NCBI GenBank assembly: GCA_041242255.1 | Contig: JBESAV010000001.1 | Coordinates: 936,478-1,000,477 of the forward strand | DNA from: Candidatus Altimarinota bacterium | Lineage (GTDB): Bacteria > Patescibacteriota > Gracilibacteria > UBA1369 > GCA-2718715 | Direction: 5' to 3' | Length of the DNA stretch: 64,000 nucleotides | Shown: positions 21,025-30,106 of the stretch, piece after piece | Layout of the letters: each line of letters begins with the position of its first letter | Numbering within the stretch: position 1 is the stretch's first letter | Position numbers and translations under genes: made by a program | Notes under the pieces: model-generated | Told to the model about the DNA's origin: nothing | What the model saw: the letters and a program-made list of their open reading frames with translations, nothing else | The model's database searches: none

Positions 21025-21483
21025 TTAAATTAAACCACTCGTAGCTAAAAAATATCCGACCCCAGCAGCAAAACAAGCAATCCATACCAACTTCCAAATA
21101 TTCATCTCAAAATTATTTGGCATTCTCTGAATAGCACCATCTCTAACAGGATTTAAACTAACATCAGTTTTTTTGCTATTAACTAAGTTCATACTCCCTT
21201 TCACATCTGGCTCAACCGTATCTTGATTAGAACCTAAATACTTCACTCTAACATTAGATTCATCAAATTCATCCGTTTCAATACTATCAAAAAAACCACT
21301 AGGCTTACGATTTTCAAACACATCTAGTTTACCATCTCCATCACTATCTAAAAATCTTCTAAACTCTTCTGGAACATCCTCCAAAGAGGTGTACTCCTTG
21401 TCTCCAACTCTATAAACCGTATTATCAGTAAACAAAGAACCAAACTCAACCTTTAGTTTTTTCATAAATAGAATTAATTTCAT
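21025..21483 (-). CDS. Hypothetical C-terminally anchored membrane protein
   Basis: YTSLEDVPEEFR, DSDGDG loop, C-terminal TM helix. Confidence 0.6.
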   Translation of the reverse strand: MKLILFMKKLKVEFGSLFTDNTVYRVGDKEYTSLEDVPEEFRRFLDSDGDGKLDVFENRKPSGFFDSIETDEFDESNVRVKYLGSNQDTVEPDVKGSMNLVNSKKTDVSLNPVRDGAIQRMPNNFEMNIWKLVWIACFAAGVGYFLATSGLI

Positions 21484-21514
21484 CTATTCTACATCATTTT
21501 AAATCTCAATCTAC

Positions 21515-21542
21515 TTGACATATTGTAAATCTAAAATAAAAT
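21515..21542 (+). promoter_or_regulatory. Sigma70-type promoter of small ORF A
   Basis: TTGACA-N16-TAAAAT. Confidence 0.65.
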
Positions 21543-21599
21543 AACCAAGTACTTATTAGTCAGGATTGGCCTGTGCTAATACTTCAATTGGAGGACAAA

Positions 21600-21734
21600 A
21601 TGTCTGAGTACGAAAGTAAGGCTGCCATCGACCATGAATATGTATGGCTCAACGAGAAAATCAAAACTGAAGATCAAAAACGAGAAAAAAAAGATAAGCC
21701 TAAACCAAAAGATATAGACCCTCACATCAAGTGA
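21600..21734 (+). CDS. Small protein A, 44 aa (not in ORF track)
   Basis: GGAGG RBS; MSEYESKAAIDHEYVWLNEKIKTEDQKREKKDKPKPKDIDPHIK*; own promoter and terminator. Confidence 0.7.
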   Translation: MSEYESKAAIDHEYVWLNEKIKTEDQKREKKDKPKPKDIDPHIK

Positions 21735-21750
21735 GACTTGTACTCCACCC

Positions 21751-21780
21751 AACCGCCGTCATATGACGGCGGTTTTCTTT
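21751..21780 (+). terminator. Strong intrinsic terminator after small ORF A
   Basis: AACCGCCGTC-ATAT-GACGGCGGTT-TTCTTT. Confidence 0.88.
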
Positions 21781-21823
21781 AATATCCAATTTAAAATTTA
21801 AACAAACCATTCTATCCTAAAGC

Positions 21824-21964
21824 TTATACTTGCACTGCATTGATAATCAAATCATAGACCTGAACTTGAATCTTCCTAAGTAAAATAAAACTAGCATCCA
21901 AAAGTCCTCCTCTTTCATCCCGCAACTTATCAACTATTTCTTCAGCTAATTTTTCTAAATTCAT
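21824..21964 (-). CDS. Possible small protein or gene remnant, 46 aa
   Basis: MNLEKLAEEIVDKLRDERGGLLDASFILLRKIQVQVYDLIINAVQV*; G/T-rich codons like other minus-strand genes. Confidence 0.4.
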   Translation of the reverse strand: MNLEKLAEEIVDKLRDERGGLLDASFILLRKIQVQVYDLIINAVQV

Positions 21965-22030
21965 GTCTTCAATCACATCAACCTTTCCATTTCCAAACTT
22001 TCACACCTAATGCAATAAATCTATTTAAAA

Positions 22031-22059
22031 TTGACAAAATTAAATTCCTAAAATAAATT
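22031..22059 (+). promoter_or_regulatory. Sigma70-type promoter of small ORF B
   Basis: TTGACA-N17-TAAATT. Confidence 0.65.
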
Positions 22060-22122
22060 CACGAATATCTTTCTCAGAAGATCAAGCATTCCGCTTGCGT
22101 CACGAGAAGATAAGGGGAAATC

Positions 22123-22296
22123 ATGGAAGACTTCGAGGAACTTAGAAGACAACAAGAACTACAAGAAGACGCTGAAGACCTGAAATGGTCTCCACAAAAG
22201 AACAAACACCATAAACGCAGAGAACAAAAACCTCATAACCACCACCTCGACCCACCAACTAAAATTAACTTCAACGAGGACCTACCATTCAAATAA
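22123..22296 (+). CDS. Small protein B, 57 aa (not in ORF track)
   Basis: AAGGGG RBS; MEDFEELRRQQELQEDAEDLKWSPQKNKHHKRREQKPHNHHLDPPTKINFNEDLPFK*; own promoter and terminator. Confidence 0.7.
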   Translation: MEDFEELRRQQELQEDAEDLKWSPQKNKHHKRREQKPHNHHLDPPTKINFNEDLPFK

Positions 22297-22309
22297 AACT
22301 TCCCCACTC

Positions 22310-22335
22310 AAACCGACCCTCAAAAGTCGGTTTTT
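22310..22335 (+). terminator. Intrinsic terminator after small ORF B
   Basis: AAACCGAC-CCTCAAAA-GTCGGTTTTT. Confidence 0.8.
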
Positions 22336-22364
22336 CCTTGAATTATAAATTCATAAAATTTAAA

Positions 22365-22391
22365 CTAGCACTCTCTAAAAATGAGTGCTAA
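22365..22391. promoter_or_regulatory. CIRCE operator (HrcA binding site) upstream of dnaK
   Basis: CTAGCACTC-N9-GAGTGCTAA, one mismatch to TTAGCACTC-N9-GAGTGCTAA. Confidence 0.93.
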
Positions 22392-22427
22392 TATCAAGTT
22401 ACAAATTAAAATTTAATCACTAATTAA

Positions 22428-24323
22428 ATGGGAAGAATTATAGGTATCGATCTAGGTACAACTAATTCATGTTTCGCAATCATGCAAGGTGGTGAAGCAA
22501 CAGTTATCAACAACCAAGAAGGTAACCGTACTACTCCATCCATGGTTGCCATGAAAGATGAAGAAAGATTAGTAGGTACACCTGCCAAAAGACAAGCAGT
22601 TGTAAATCCACTAAACACTATTTTCTCAGCTAAAAGATTAATTGGTCACAAGTTCGACGAGATCAAAGACATCGTCGACAAACTTCCATATGAAGTAAAA
22701 AAAGGACCAAAAGGTGAATGTCTTATCATCATGAATGGTAAAGAATACAGACCAGCTGAAATCTCAGCAATGGTACTCCAAAAAATCAAATCAGACGCCG
22801 AAGCCTACCTAGGAGAACCAGTAACTGATGCAGTTATAACTGTTCCAGCTTACTTCGACGACTCTCAAAGAAAAGCAACCAAAGACGCAGGAAAAATCGC
22901 TGGGCTAAACGTACAAAGAATTATCAACGAACCAACAGCTGCTTCCCTAGCCTACGGTATCGACAAAGAAGGCGGAGACAAAAAAGTAGCAGTTTACGAT
23001 TTAGGTGGAGGTACATTCGACGTATCCATCCTTGAGATCGCCGACATAGACGGCGAAAAACAAATCGAAGTACTAGCCACAAACGGTAACACACAATTAG
23101 GTGGAGATGACTTCGACAACGTTATAACTCAACACATTTTAGACGAATTCAAAAAAGACCAAGGTATTGATCTTTCTAAAGACAAAGCAGCACTTCAACG
23201 TATCAACGAAGCTGCTGAAAAAGCTAAGATCGAGTTATCTTCAGCTCAAGAAACTGAAGTAAATCTTCCATTCCTTACCGCCGACGCATCAGGTCCAAAA
23301 CATCTAAATCTCAAAGTAACAAGAGCCAAACTTGAAGAATTAGTAGATGAACTTCTAGAAAAGACAGTGGAACCATGCAGAACAGCTATCAAAGATGCTA
23401 AAATCTATGAATCGGACATCGACGAAGTAATCCTAGTTGGAGGAATGACTCGTATGCCAAAAGTAGCAGAAAAAGTTAAATCAATCTTTGGTAAAGAACC
23501 ACACAAAGGTCTAAACCCTGACGAAGTTGTAGCCCTAGGTGCTGCTATCCAAGGTGGAGTCCTTCAAGGAGATGTTAAAGATGTACTTCTTCTAGATGTA
23601 ATTCCTCTTACACTTAGTATCGAAACAATGGGAGGAGTTGCTACACCACTTATCGAAAAAAATACAACAATCCCAACTTCAAAATCACAAGTATTCTCAA
23701 CAGCAGCTGACAACCAACCAGCAGTACAAATCCACGTACTACAAGGTGAACGTTCAATGGCAGCTGACAACAAATCCCTCGGAACATTCACTCTAGATGG
23801 TATTCCACCAGCTCCAAGAGGAGTTCCTCAGATCGAAGTTAGTTTCGACGTTGATGCCAATGGTATCGTAAAAGTTACTGCCAAAGACAAGGGAACAGGT
23901 AAAGAGCAACACATTACCATCACAGGAAGCTCTGGAATGTCAGATGATGAGATCAAACAAATGCAAGAAGAAGCTGAAAAATACGCCGAAGAAGACAAAA
24001 AGAAAAAAGAACAAATTGAAACAATCAACCAAGCAGAATCAACAGTCTTCCAAACTGAAAAAATTCTAAAAGAAAACGAAGACAAAATCCCAGCCGAAGT
24101 AAAAGAATCAGTTCAACCAAAAGTTGATGAGATCAAAAAGATCCTCGAAGACAAAGAAAATATCAATCACGATGATCTAAAAACTAAACTAGAAGAACTC
24201 AACCAAGAAGTTCAAAAAATCGGATCATCAATGTATCAAGAACAACCACAACCAGACCAGTCTGAACCAGAACAAAACAAATCTGATGCAGACATAGAAG
24301 GAGAAGTAGTTGATGAAGAATAA
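22428..24323 (+). CDS. dnaK: Chaperone DnaK (Hsp70)
   Basis: [43 protein letters not shown]. Confidence 0.98.
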   Translation: MGRIIGIDLGTTNSCFAIMQGGEATVINNQEGNRTTPSMVAMKDEERLVGTPAKRQAVVNPLNTIFSAKRLIGHKFDEIKDIVDKLPYEVKKGPKGECLIIMNGKEYRPAEISAMVLQKIKSDAEAYLGEPVTDAVITVPAYFDDSQRKATKDAGKIAGLNVQRIINEPTAASLAYGIDKEGGDKKVAVYDLGGGTFDVSILEIADIDGEKQIEVLATNGNTQLGGDDFDNVITQHILDEFKKDQGIDLSKDKAALQRINEAAEKAKIELSSAQETEVNLPFLTADASGPKHLNLKVTRAKLEELVDELLEKTVEPCRTAIKDAKIYESDIDEVILVGGMTRMPKVAEKVKSIFGKEPHKGLNPDEVVALGAAIQGGVLQGDVKDVLLLDVIPLTLSIETMGGVATPLIEKNTTIPTSKSQVFSTAADNQPAVQIHVLQGERSMAADNKSLGTFTLDGIPPAPRGVPQIEVSFDVDANGIVKVTAKDKGTGKEQHITITGSSGMSDDEIKQMQEEAEKYAEEDKKKKEQIETINQAESTVFQTEKILKENEDKIPAEVKESVQPKVDEIKKILEDKENINHDDLKTKLEELNQEVQKIGSSMYQEQPQPDQSEPEQNKSDADIEGEVVDEE

Positions 24324-24333
24324 AACAATCTAT

Positions 24334-24363
24334 AAAATCCCAAGTAAAACACTTGGGATTTTT
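24334..24363 (+). terminator. Terminator after dnaK
   Basis: AAAATCCCAAGT-AAAAC-ACTTGGGATTTTT. Confidence 0.85.
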
Positions 24364-24375
24364 AATTAAACACAA

Positions 24376-24903
24376 ATGAAGAACATAGCATACATAGATG
24401 GCGCCAACCTCCAAAAATCCCTACCCAAAGTAGACTACCAAAAACTTCAAGATTACTTATCCAAAAAACACAAGATAACCCATACCTACATTTTTCTAGG
24501 TTATCTAAAATCCCAAGAAAAATTCTACAAACAACTCAAAAAATCCGGATATAAAATCATATTCAAAGAAGCAGTTAGAGGCAGAGATGGTAAAACCAAA
24601 GCTAACATCGACGTCGAACTAACTATCCAAGCTACCCAAGATTATTACGAACACAACCCCAAACAAACCATACTCATTAGTGGAGATGGTGATTTCTCAA
24701 GCTTGGTCGATTTCTGGAAAGACAAAAAAGTAAAAGCCAAAATTCTCGCCCCAGATGAAAAGTCATGCTCGTACCTTCTCAAAAAAAGAAAAATCTGGAT
24801 AACCTACCTCAAACAACCAAAGATCTACAACCAAATCAAAAAATCCAAACCAAAAAGATTTTCAATCTTGGCAATCCTCAAAAAACTGTTCAGAAGATCC
24901 TAA
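24376..24903 (+). CDS. NYN domain (LabA/DUF88, PIN-like) protein
   Basis: AYIDGANL, KANIDVEL, ILISGDGDF. Confidence 0.88.
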   Translation: MKNIAYIDGANLQKSLPKVDYQKLQDYLSKKHKITHTYIFLGYLKSQEKFYKQLKKSGYKIIFKEAVRGRDGKTKANIDVELTIQATQDYYEHNPKQTILISGDGDFSSLVDFWKDKKVKAKILAPDEKSCSYLLKKRKIWITYLKQPKIYNQIKKSKPKRFSILAILKKLFRRS

Positions 24904-24905
24904 AA

Positions 24906-25610
24906 CTATTTATAAATTTCACTCAATTCATCAACACTCTTCAACCCCAACCAATAGGTTGTTTTTATATACATATTCCTCCAGTGCTGAGTATAAATCC
25001 CATTCTTCAAAAACCTATGAGCTGAAGTCACAACCTTCACAGATTTATCCAAAACAGGCTTTAGCCCCAAGGCTCGAAGCTTTTTTGAAAACTCCACATC
25101 CTCCATCAAATCCATTTCTGGAAAACCACCAACTTCTTTTACATACTTAGACTGAACCAAATTACACTGATCCAAGTATATCGCTCCTCCCAATCCAGGT
25201 CTCAAGTAGGTAGAAAGAAATGCCACAACCCACTTCAGAAACCAATGCTGATAGTCAAAACTCAATGGAAAATAAAACCATTCAGACTCCCCTCTCTCAC
25301 AAATCTCTAAAACCCGCTCATAATCAGACAAACAACTTCTTGCATGATTAAACAACACGTACTCTCCACTCACAAATTCCAAAGCATAATTAATCTGCTT
25401 CGCAGTTCCGCCTTCAGGACATTTAAGAAGCTTCACAAAATCATACTTCCTAACCAACTCCTCTAACCCATCCTCACTTTCAAAATCAACCACTAAAACT
25501 TCTAACCTCCTCTTATCTTCTAACTCAGAAATATTTTCAAAAATCTCCTTTAACTTACCAGTCTTCATTACATTTCTTGTAGGAATTACTACCGAAAGAA
25601 CAGTACTCAT
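24906..25610 (-). CDS. GT2 glycosyltransferase, TIGR04283-like (rSAM/selenodomain-associated transferase 2)
   Basis: LSVVIPT, AKQIN, DQ, GGFPEMDLMEDVEFS, VVTSAHRF; coupled to a TIGR04282-like gene. Confidence 0.75.
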   Translation of the reverse strand: MSTVLSVVIPTRNVMKTGKLKEIFENISELEDKRRLEVLVVDFESEDGLEELVRKYDFVKLLKCPEGGTAKQINYALEFVSGEYVLFNHARSCLSDYERVLEICERGESEWFYFPLSFDYQHWFLKWVVAFLSTYLRPGLGGAIYLDQCNLVQSKYVKEVGGFPEMDLMEDVEFSKKLRALGLKPVLDKSVKVVTSAHRFLKNGIYTQHWRNMYIKTTYWLGLKSVDELSEIYK

Positions 25611-26245
25611 AAATACTTCTTTAATTTCACAATTCTCCCAGCCACATCCTCCAAATCTTCATAATAATCCACATCCACCAATTCCTTCAGCAAAGCATAT
25701 TTAAGTCCTATCTCATCACACCGTTTCAAACTCTCCTCCAAAACCTTATCAGTACTCCATTCAAATCCCTCAAACAGACCTTTGTATGAATCATCAAAAT
25801 CTTTTCCAAAACCAACCAAGTAATACCCACCATCATTTGCTGGTCCATACACTACATCTTTAGACTTCAAAGTACTAAATCCTTCCCTCAATACATTTTC
25901 ATCCATCTCAGGACAATCAGTCCCAACCAACAAAATTTTTTGATACCCCATACCATAAACTGAACTAAATGCCTCAAACATACGCACACCTAAATCTTCA
26001 TCAACCTGCAACCTCCACTCAGCTTTCTCCCATATTTTAAAAGTTTCAGATTCTTCACCTGGCAATTCCCCAGCAAAATAAACAAAAACATCACACCCAA
26101 CACCAAACACAGACTCAGCTACAATCTTCATACTATCCACAAAAAAATCCATAGCCCTCTGATCCCCAATATTTTTAGCTAACCTAGTCTTACAAAAACC
26201 CAACTTAGGATTCTTAGCAAAAACAATCACCGCATTAGTATTCAT
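25607..26245 (-). CDS. TIGR04282/DUF2064-like transferase
   Basis: FAKNPKLGFCKTRL, DLGVRM, VGTDCP, GPANDGGYYLVG, WST, DVDYYEDL. Confidence 0.85.
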   Translation of the reverse strand: MNTNAVIVFAKNPKLGFCKTRLAKNIGDQRAMDFFVDSMKIVAESVFGVGCDVFVYFAGELPGEESETFKIWEKAEWRLQVDEDLGVRMFEAFSSVYGMGYQKILLVGTDCPEMDENVLREGFSTLKSKDVVYGPANDGGYYLVGFGKDFDDSYKGLFEGFEWSTDKVLEESLKRCDEIGLKYALLKELVDVDYYEDLEDVAGRIVKLKKYL

Positions 26246-26355
26246 ACAAAAAATTAATTACCTCCAAATTACCTGAGATATAGTTAATTGACAAAATCGA
26301 ATAGTTTGACACTACCAACAAAACCTTTAATATAAAAGTAATGTAATTCACAAAC

Positions 26356-26514
26356 ATGAACGCAAACAGACCAAGCAGTAATTCAGACAGATTAAGAGAA
26401 ATCGAAGAAGCTCTAAGAGAGCAAATCCAAAGATCAAAAAACTCTGAATCTAGCGAGTACTTAAAAAAAACAACTCTTTCAACAAACGATAAACTTAATG
26501 GACTACTAGGTTAA
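26356..26514 (+). CDS. Small protein C, 52 aa (not in ORF track)
   Basis: MNANRPSSNSDRLREIEEALREQIQRSKNSESSEYLKKTTLSTNDKLNGLLG*; preceded by TTGACA(26306)-N16-TAATAT. Confidence 0.55.
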   Translation: MNANRPSSNSDRLREIEEALREQIQRSKNSESSEYLKKTTLSTNDKLNGLLG

Positions 26515-27405
26515 TCCCCTACTATTCTTAATAAGTTTATGTCCGATGAAACTATTCTCACGCAGCTCCGCTGCGTGTTTTAATAATACAAGAAAAACCT
26601 GTAGAAAAGAAAAAGGCCCAATCACATCAAATATAGAAACCTCCACACCTAACCTCTCTACTTTTCGGTATTCAGCAATGAATTTATTCAGACTATCTTC
26701 ATAATTCACATAAACCGCACCCATTCTAGCCAAACTTTTTCGATTCTCACCAAAGAACTGCTCAAAATAATGATCATATTCCAAAGCTAAACCATCAGCC
26801 GCCATCGCTACATTCGTACCATCACCATAAAAGAAACTTTCTCCCTCAACTTGAAAAGGAAAGTTACTAACCCCAGCTCCAGGATTTAAATCATTAAAGT
26901 CATGTACAACCATCCTTAATTTTTCTAACTCTTGGTTTACATCTGCAAATACATTTTTATTTATTTCCATATCCAACCCATATATGTTTCTTGGAAAATC
27001 AAAAGTAACAGAAATCTGATGGAAAACATCAAACATATTCCTAGACTGAAGATATAGACTATGTGAGACACTAACCAATTCATTCAAACCATAACTATAT
27101 CCATCAAAGTACAAACCTTGTATCCTATCCCCCACTCCAAGCAAACCTTTAAAATCCTCACACTTATTCTCCAAATGATCAAAAAGCTCACGCCTTAAAT
27201 CATAGTTAAACCTATGTCTGTATGAATCAACACCAAACAAATCATCAAAAAAACCTCTACCTGGACCTGGTAAATTTCCCGTTCGCCGAACATTACCCAC
27301 AACATTTACGTATCTATCTGCTACATATTCAAAGTTAGTCCTGTATTGTTCATCGCTCAAGAAATGCCTTCTCGAACCATCTTGATACTCCCCTAAACGA
27401 TCCAT
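26506..27405 (-). CDS. Hypothetical protein
   Basis: 299-aa ORF with strand-typical codon bias; no recognised motif. Confidence 0.65.
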   Translation of the reverse strand: MDRLGEYQDGSRRHFLSDEQYRTNFEYVADRYVNVVGNVRRTGNLPGPGRGFFDDLFGVDSYRHRFNYDLRRELFDHLENKCEDFKGLLGVGDRIQGLYFDGYSYGLNELVSVSHSLYLQSRNMFDVFHQISVTFDFPRNIYGLDMEINKNVFADVNQELEKLRMVVHDFNDLNPGAGVSNFPFQVEGESFFYGDGTNVAMAADGLALEYDHYFEQFFGENRKSLARMGAVYVNYEDSLNKFIAEYRKVERLGVEVSIFDVIGPFSFLQVFLVLLKHAAELRENSFIGHKLIKNSRGLT

Positions 27406-27532
27406 TGAAAAATTTTAATTACCAAAATCTTAGCAAACTCAAGCCTATTTAACAGATTATAAAATCTCAAACACATAAATTTCATTTACAACTTGCTAAA
27501 ATATCCCATCTTCACATTTAAAACTATTTTTC

Positions 27533-27561
27533 TTGATGTAAAGCTCACAAACCCCTACAAT
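27533..27561 (+). promoter_or_regulatory. Promoter of serS
   Basis: TTGATG-N17-TACAAT. Confidence 0.5.
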
Positions 27562-27590
27562 CAAAGCAATAAATAACACTTATACTACCA

Positions 27591-28874
27591 ATGTTAGATA
27601 TTAAATACATCCGAGAAAACCCTGAACTTATCAAAGAAAATTGCAAGAAAAGGCATGTTCAAGTTGATATTGATACTCTTCTTCAAACAGACGAAGAAAG
27701 AAGAGAAATCCAACAAAACCTAAATCAACTCCAACAAGAAAGAAACCAAGGATCAAAACTCAAAGGAAAACCCTCCCCAGAACACATCGAAAAAATGAAA
27801 AAAATCGGAGCTGAGATTAAACAACTCGAAGAATCTTACAACCAAAAAGAAGAGCTTCTACACGAACTACTTTTACAAGTACCAAACTTAACTCACCCAG
27901 AAACTCCAATTGGTCACGAACATGAATTTAAAACTCTTTACACAAACCAAGAACCTGAACTAAAAGATTTCCAAACAAAAGATCACGAAGAACTTCTACT
28001 CAAACACGACCTTCTTGATTTCGAAAGAGGTGCCAAAGTTGTAGGATCAAAGTTTTTCTACACTAAAGGAAAACTAGTCGAACTTAACCGTGCTCTAACA
28101 AATTACGGAATCGACATCTGTCAAAAACACGGATTCCAACTAATCGAAACTCCAGATCTAGCCCACAAAAAAATCCTAGAAGGAGCAGGCTTCAACCCAC
28201 GAGGTGAAGAAACTCAAATATACAACATAGAAAATCAAGACCTATCACTCGTAGGAACGGCCGAAATCACTGTACTTGGTTATCATGCTGATGAGGTTAT
28301 AGATCTTGAAGATGGACCAATCAAATACGTAGCCCTTTCCCACTGTTTCAGAACAGAAGCCGGTTCATACGGTCGAACATCAAAGGGTCTATACCGAGTT
28401 CACCAGTTCACAAAACTAGAAATGTTTGTATTCTGTAAACCAAACCAATCAGATCAAATCCATCAAGACCTCTTAGCCATAGAGCAAGAAATAGTTGATG
28501 GTCTAGAGCTCCCATACCGAGTGATCGACATAGCTTCTTCCGACCTAGGAGGACCAGCTTACCGAAAATTCGATATAGAAGCCTACATGACAATGCTAGG
28601 TGACCCAGACGAAAAAGATAAAATTCATCAACAAGGTAATTACGGAGAGATAACATCTACAAGTAACTGTCTAGATTATCAAGCCAGAAGAATGAACATA
28701 AAGTTTCACAACAAAGAAACAAATCAAAAAGAATTTGTACACACACTAAATGGAACCGCAGTCGTTCTTAGTCGCTTCCCTATAGCATTAGTAGAAAATC
28801 ATCAACTACCAGATGGATCAATCAAAATACCAAAAGCGCTTCACCCATACTTAAACTTCAAAGAAATTAAATAA
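27591..28874 (+). CDS. serS: Serine--tRNA ligase
   Basis: MLDIKYIRENP, GTAE, CFRTEAGSYG, RVHQFTKLE, STSNCLDYQARR, HTLNGT. Confidence 0.97.
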   Translation: MLDIKYIRENPELIKENCKKRHVQVDIDTLLQTDEERREIQQNLNQLQQERNQGSKLKGKPSPEHIEKMKKIGAEIKQLEESYNQKEELLHELLLQVPNLTHPETPIGHEHEFKTLYTNQEPELKDFQTKDHEELLLKHDLLDFERGAKVVGSKFFYTKGKLVELNRALTNYGIDICQKHGFQLIETPDLAHKKILEGAGFNPRGEETQIYNIENQDLSLVGTAEITVLGYHADEVIDLEDGPIKYVALSHCFRTEAGSYGRTSKGLYRVHQFTKLEMFVFCKPNQSDQIHQDLLAIEQEIVDGLELPYRVIDIASSDLGGPAYRKFDIEAYMTMLGDPDEKDKIHQQGNYGEITSTSNCLDYQARRMNIKFHNKETNQKEFVHTLNGTAVVLSRFPIALVENHQLPDGSIKIPKALHPYLNFKEIK

Positions 28875-28879
28875 TCATC

Positions 28880-29917
28880 ATGGATAAAGTATCATACAAC
28901 AAAATTTCGCAATCCAGACAAGAAGCTTTACTCATAGCTGAAAACCTTGAAAAATTATATGATACTTTTTTACAAGATCCATTCAATCCAGGCGAATACT
29001 TAACTCTTCTAAATTGGTTAATATCTATTGAAGGTAATCAAACTGAGGCCTCACAAGAGGTTTCAGCACTTATCGATTCAACTAAAGATCAAATAACACT
29101 CTTAACTGAAACTCCAGAAACTGACCTAAGTAGACCAAGCGCCAAAAGAATGCTTCGCAAACATTTAACTACAGATAAGCTCAAAAATATCTCAACTTTC
29201 ACTCAAACCATAAATCCAGAAACAAACACAAATCAAGACTTCACATTAGGTATCCTCCAAGAAATACATGAAGAATTTTCAAATACTTCTCATACTGAAA
29301 CAACCAGACAATTCATTGCCTCAGTCCTCTCAGCAATCGTCGACCCATCAAAAGAACTAACCGAAAAAGACAAACCACTATCTCATCAAAACATTTTTAA
29401 CTTAACTATGATTGAGTATCTTTATTCTATCCAAGACAGTCCAACCACACGTATAGTATTAGATTCGAGCATACAAACCAGTATTGCTTGGATACTAGAT
29501 CCCAGCAAATTTCAATGTGCTAAACTTGAATTCGACAGTTTCGTTAGCCAAACACTAGACGGACACGAACCTTATAAGCCAGAAAAAACTACTCAAGAAA
29601 AGCCAGAAGAGTTAACTGATCTTTATGAATTATCTGAAATCAGCTCTCCCACAAACCGCATTGATCCTATCAGCCTACTACTTGAAACTTCTGAACCACA
29701 ACCAGAACCATCCACAGACTCATTTGTTGAAACCATCAACGAAACACCACCTCAAATAAACTTCCACAGCGAACCAACCAGAGTTGGACAGATTGAAGAA
29801 ATCCAAGTTAACAATGATTTCAAAGCTCCTAACTCAGAAAACTTTATCCCAAAATCTAAAAAACAACCAAAAAATAAACGACAAGCTGTTCATGATTTAT
29901 TTGATTCAGAAATATAA
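28880..29917 (+). CDS. Hypothetical protein
   Basis: 345-aa ORF 5 nt after serS; helical N-terminal half, low-complexity P/E/T C-terminal half. Confidence 0.65.
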   Translation: MDKVSYNKISQSRQEALLIAENLEKLYDTFLQDPFNPGEYLTLLNWLISIEGNQTEASQEVSALIDSTKDQITLLTETPETDLSRPSAKRMLRKHLTTDKLKNISTFTQTINPETNTNQDFTLGILQEIHEEFSNTSHTETTRQFIASVLSAIVDPSKELTEKDKPLSHQNIFNLTMIEYLYSIQDSPTTRIVLDSSIQTSIAWILDPSKFQCAKLEFDSFVSQTLDGHEPYKPEKTTQEKPEELTDLYELSEISSPTNRIDPISLLLETSEPQPEPSTDSFVETINETPPQINFHSEPTRVGQIEEIQVNNDFKAPNSENFIPKSKKQPKNKRQAVHDLFDSEI

Positions 29918-29923
29918 TTACTG

Positions 29924-30076
29924 TTGACCAAAACCACTGAATAATCTAAGATTCAAGCAATAAATCGCGCGCACCAAAACAGAGTTTAGTTGGTCCCGGT
30001 CGCAAAGATAATGTTCCATAGCACATTACTTGCGATTTTATTTTGTTTAGACCTAAAGCATAACGCTTAAGTCTAG
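29924..30076 (+). promoter_or_regulatory. rpoB promoter and structured, attenuator-like 5' leader
   Basis: TTGACC-N17-TAAGAT; hairpin 29998-30037 followed by a U-tract; alternative pairing with 29959-29968. Confidence 0.55.
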
Positions 30077-30106
30077 CTTATTATTATCTAACCAAGAAAC
30101 CTCAAT

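Noticed and set aside
21600-22296. Type I toxin-antitoxin reading of small ORFs A and B
   Set aside because: The peptides are hydrophilic with no TM helix, and no clear antisense RNA unit overlaps them
30011-30070. 19-codon ORF (MFHSTLLAILFCLDLKHNA) in the rpoB leader
   Set aside because: The ATG is buried in the terminator-like stem, and the hydrophobicity just reflects the U-tract
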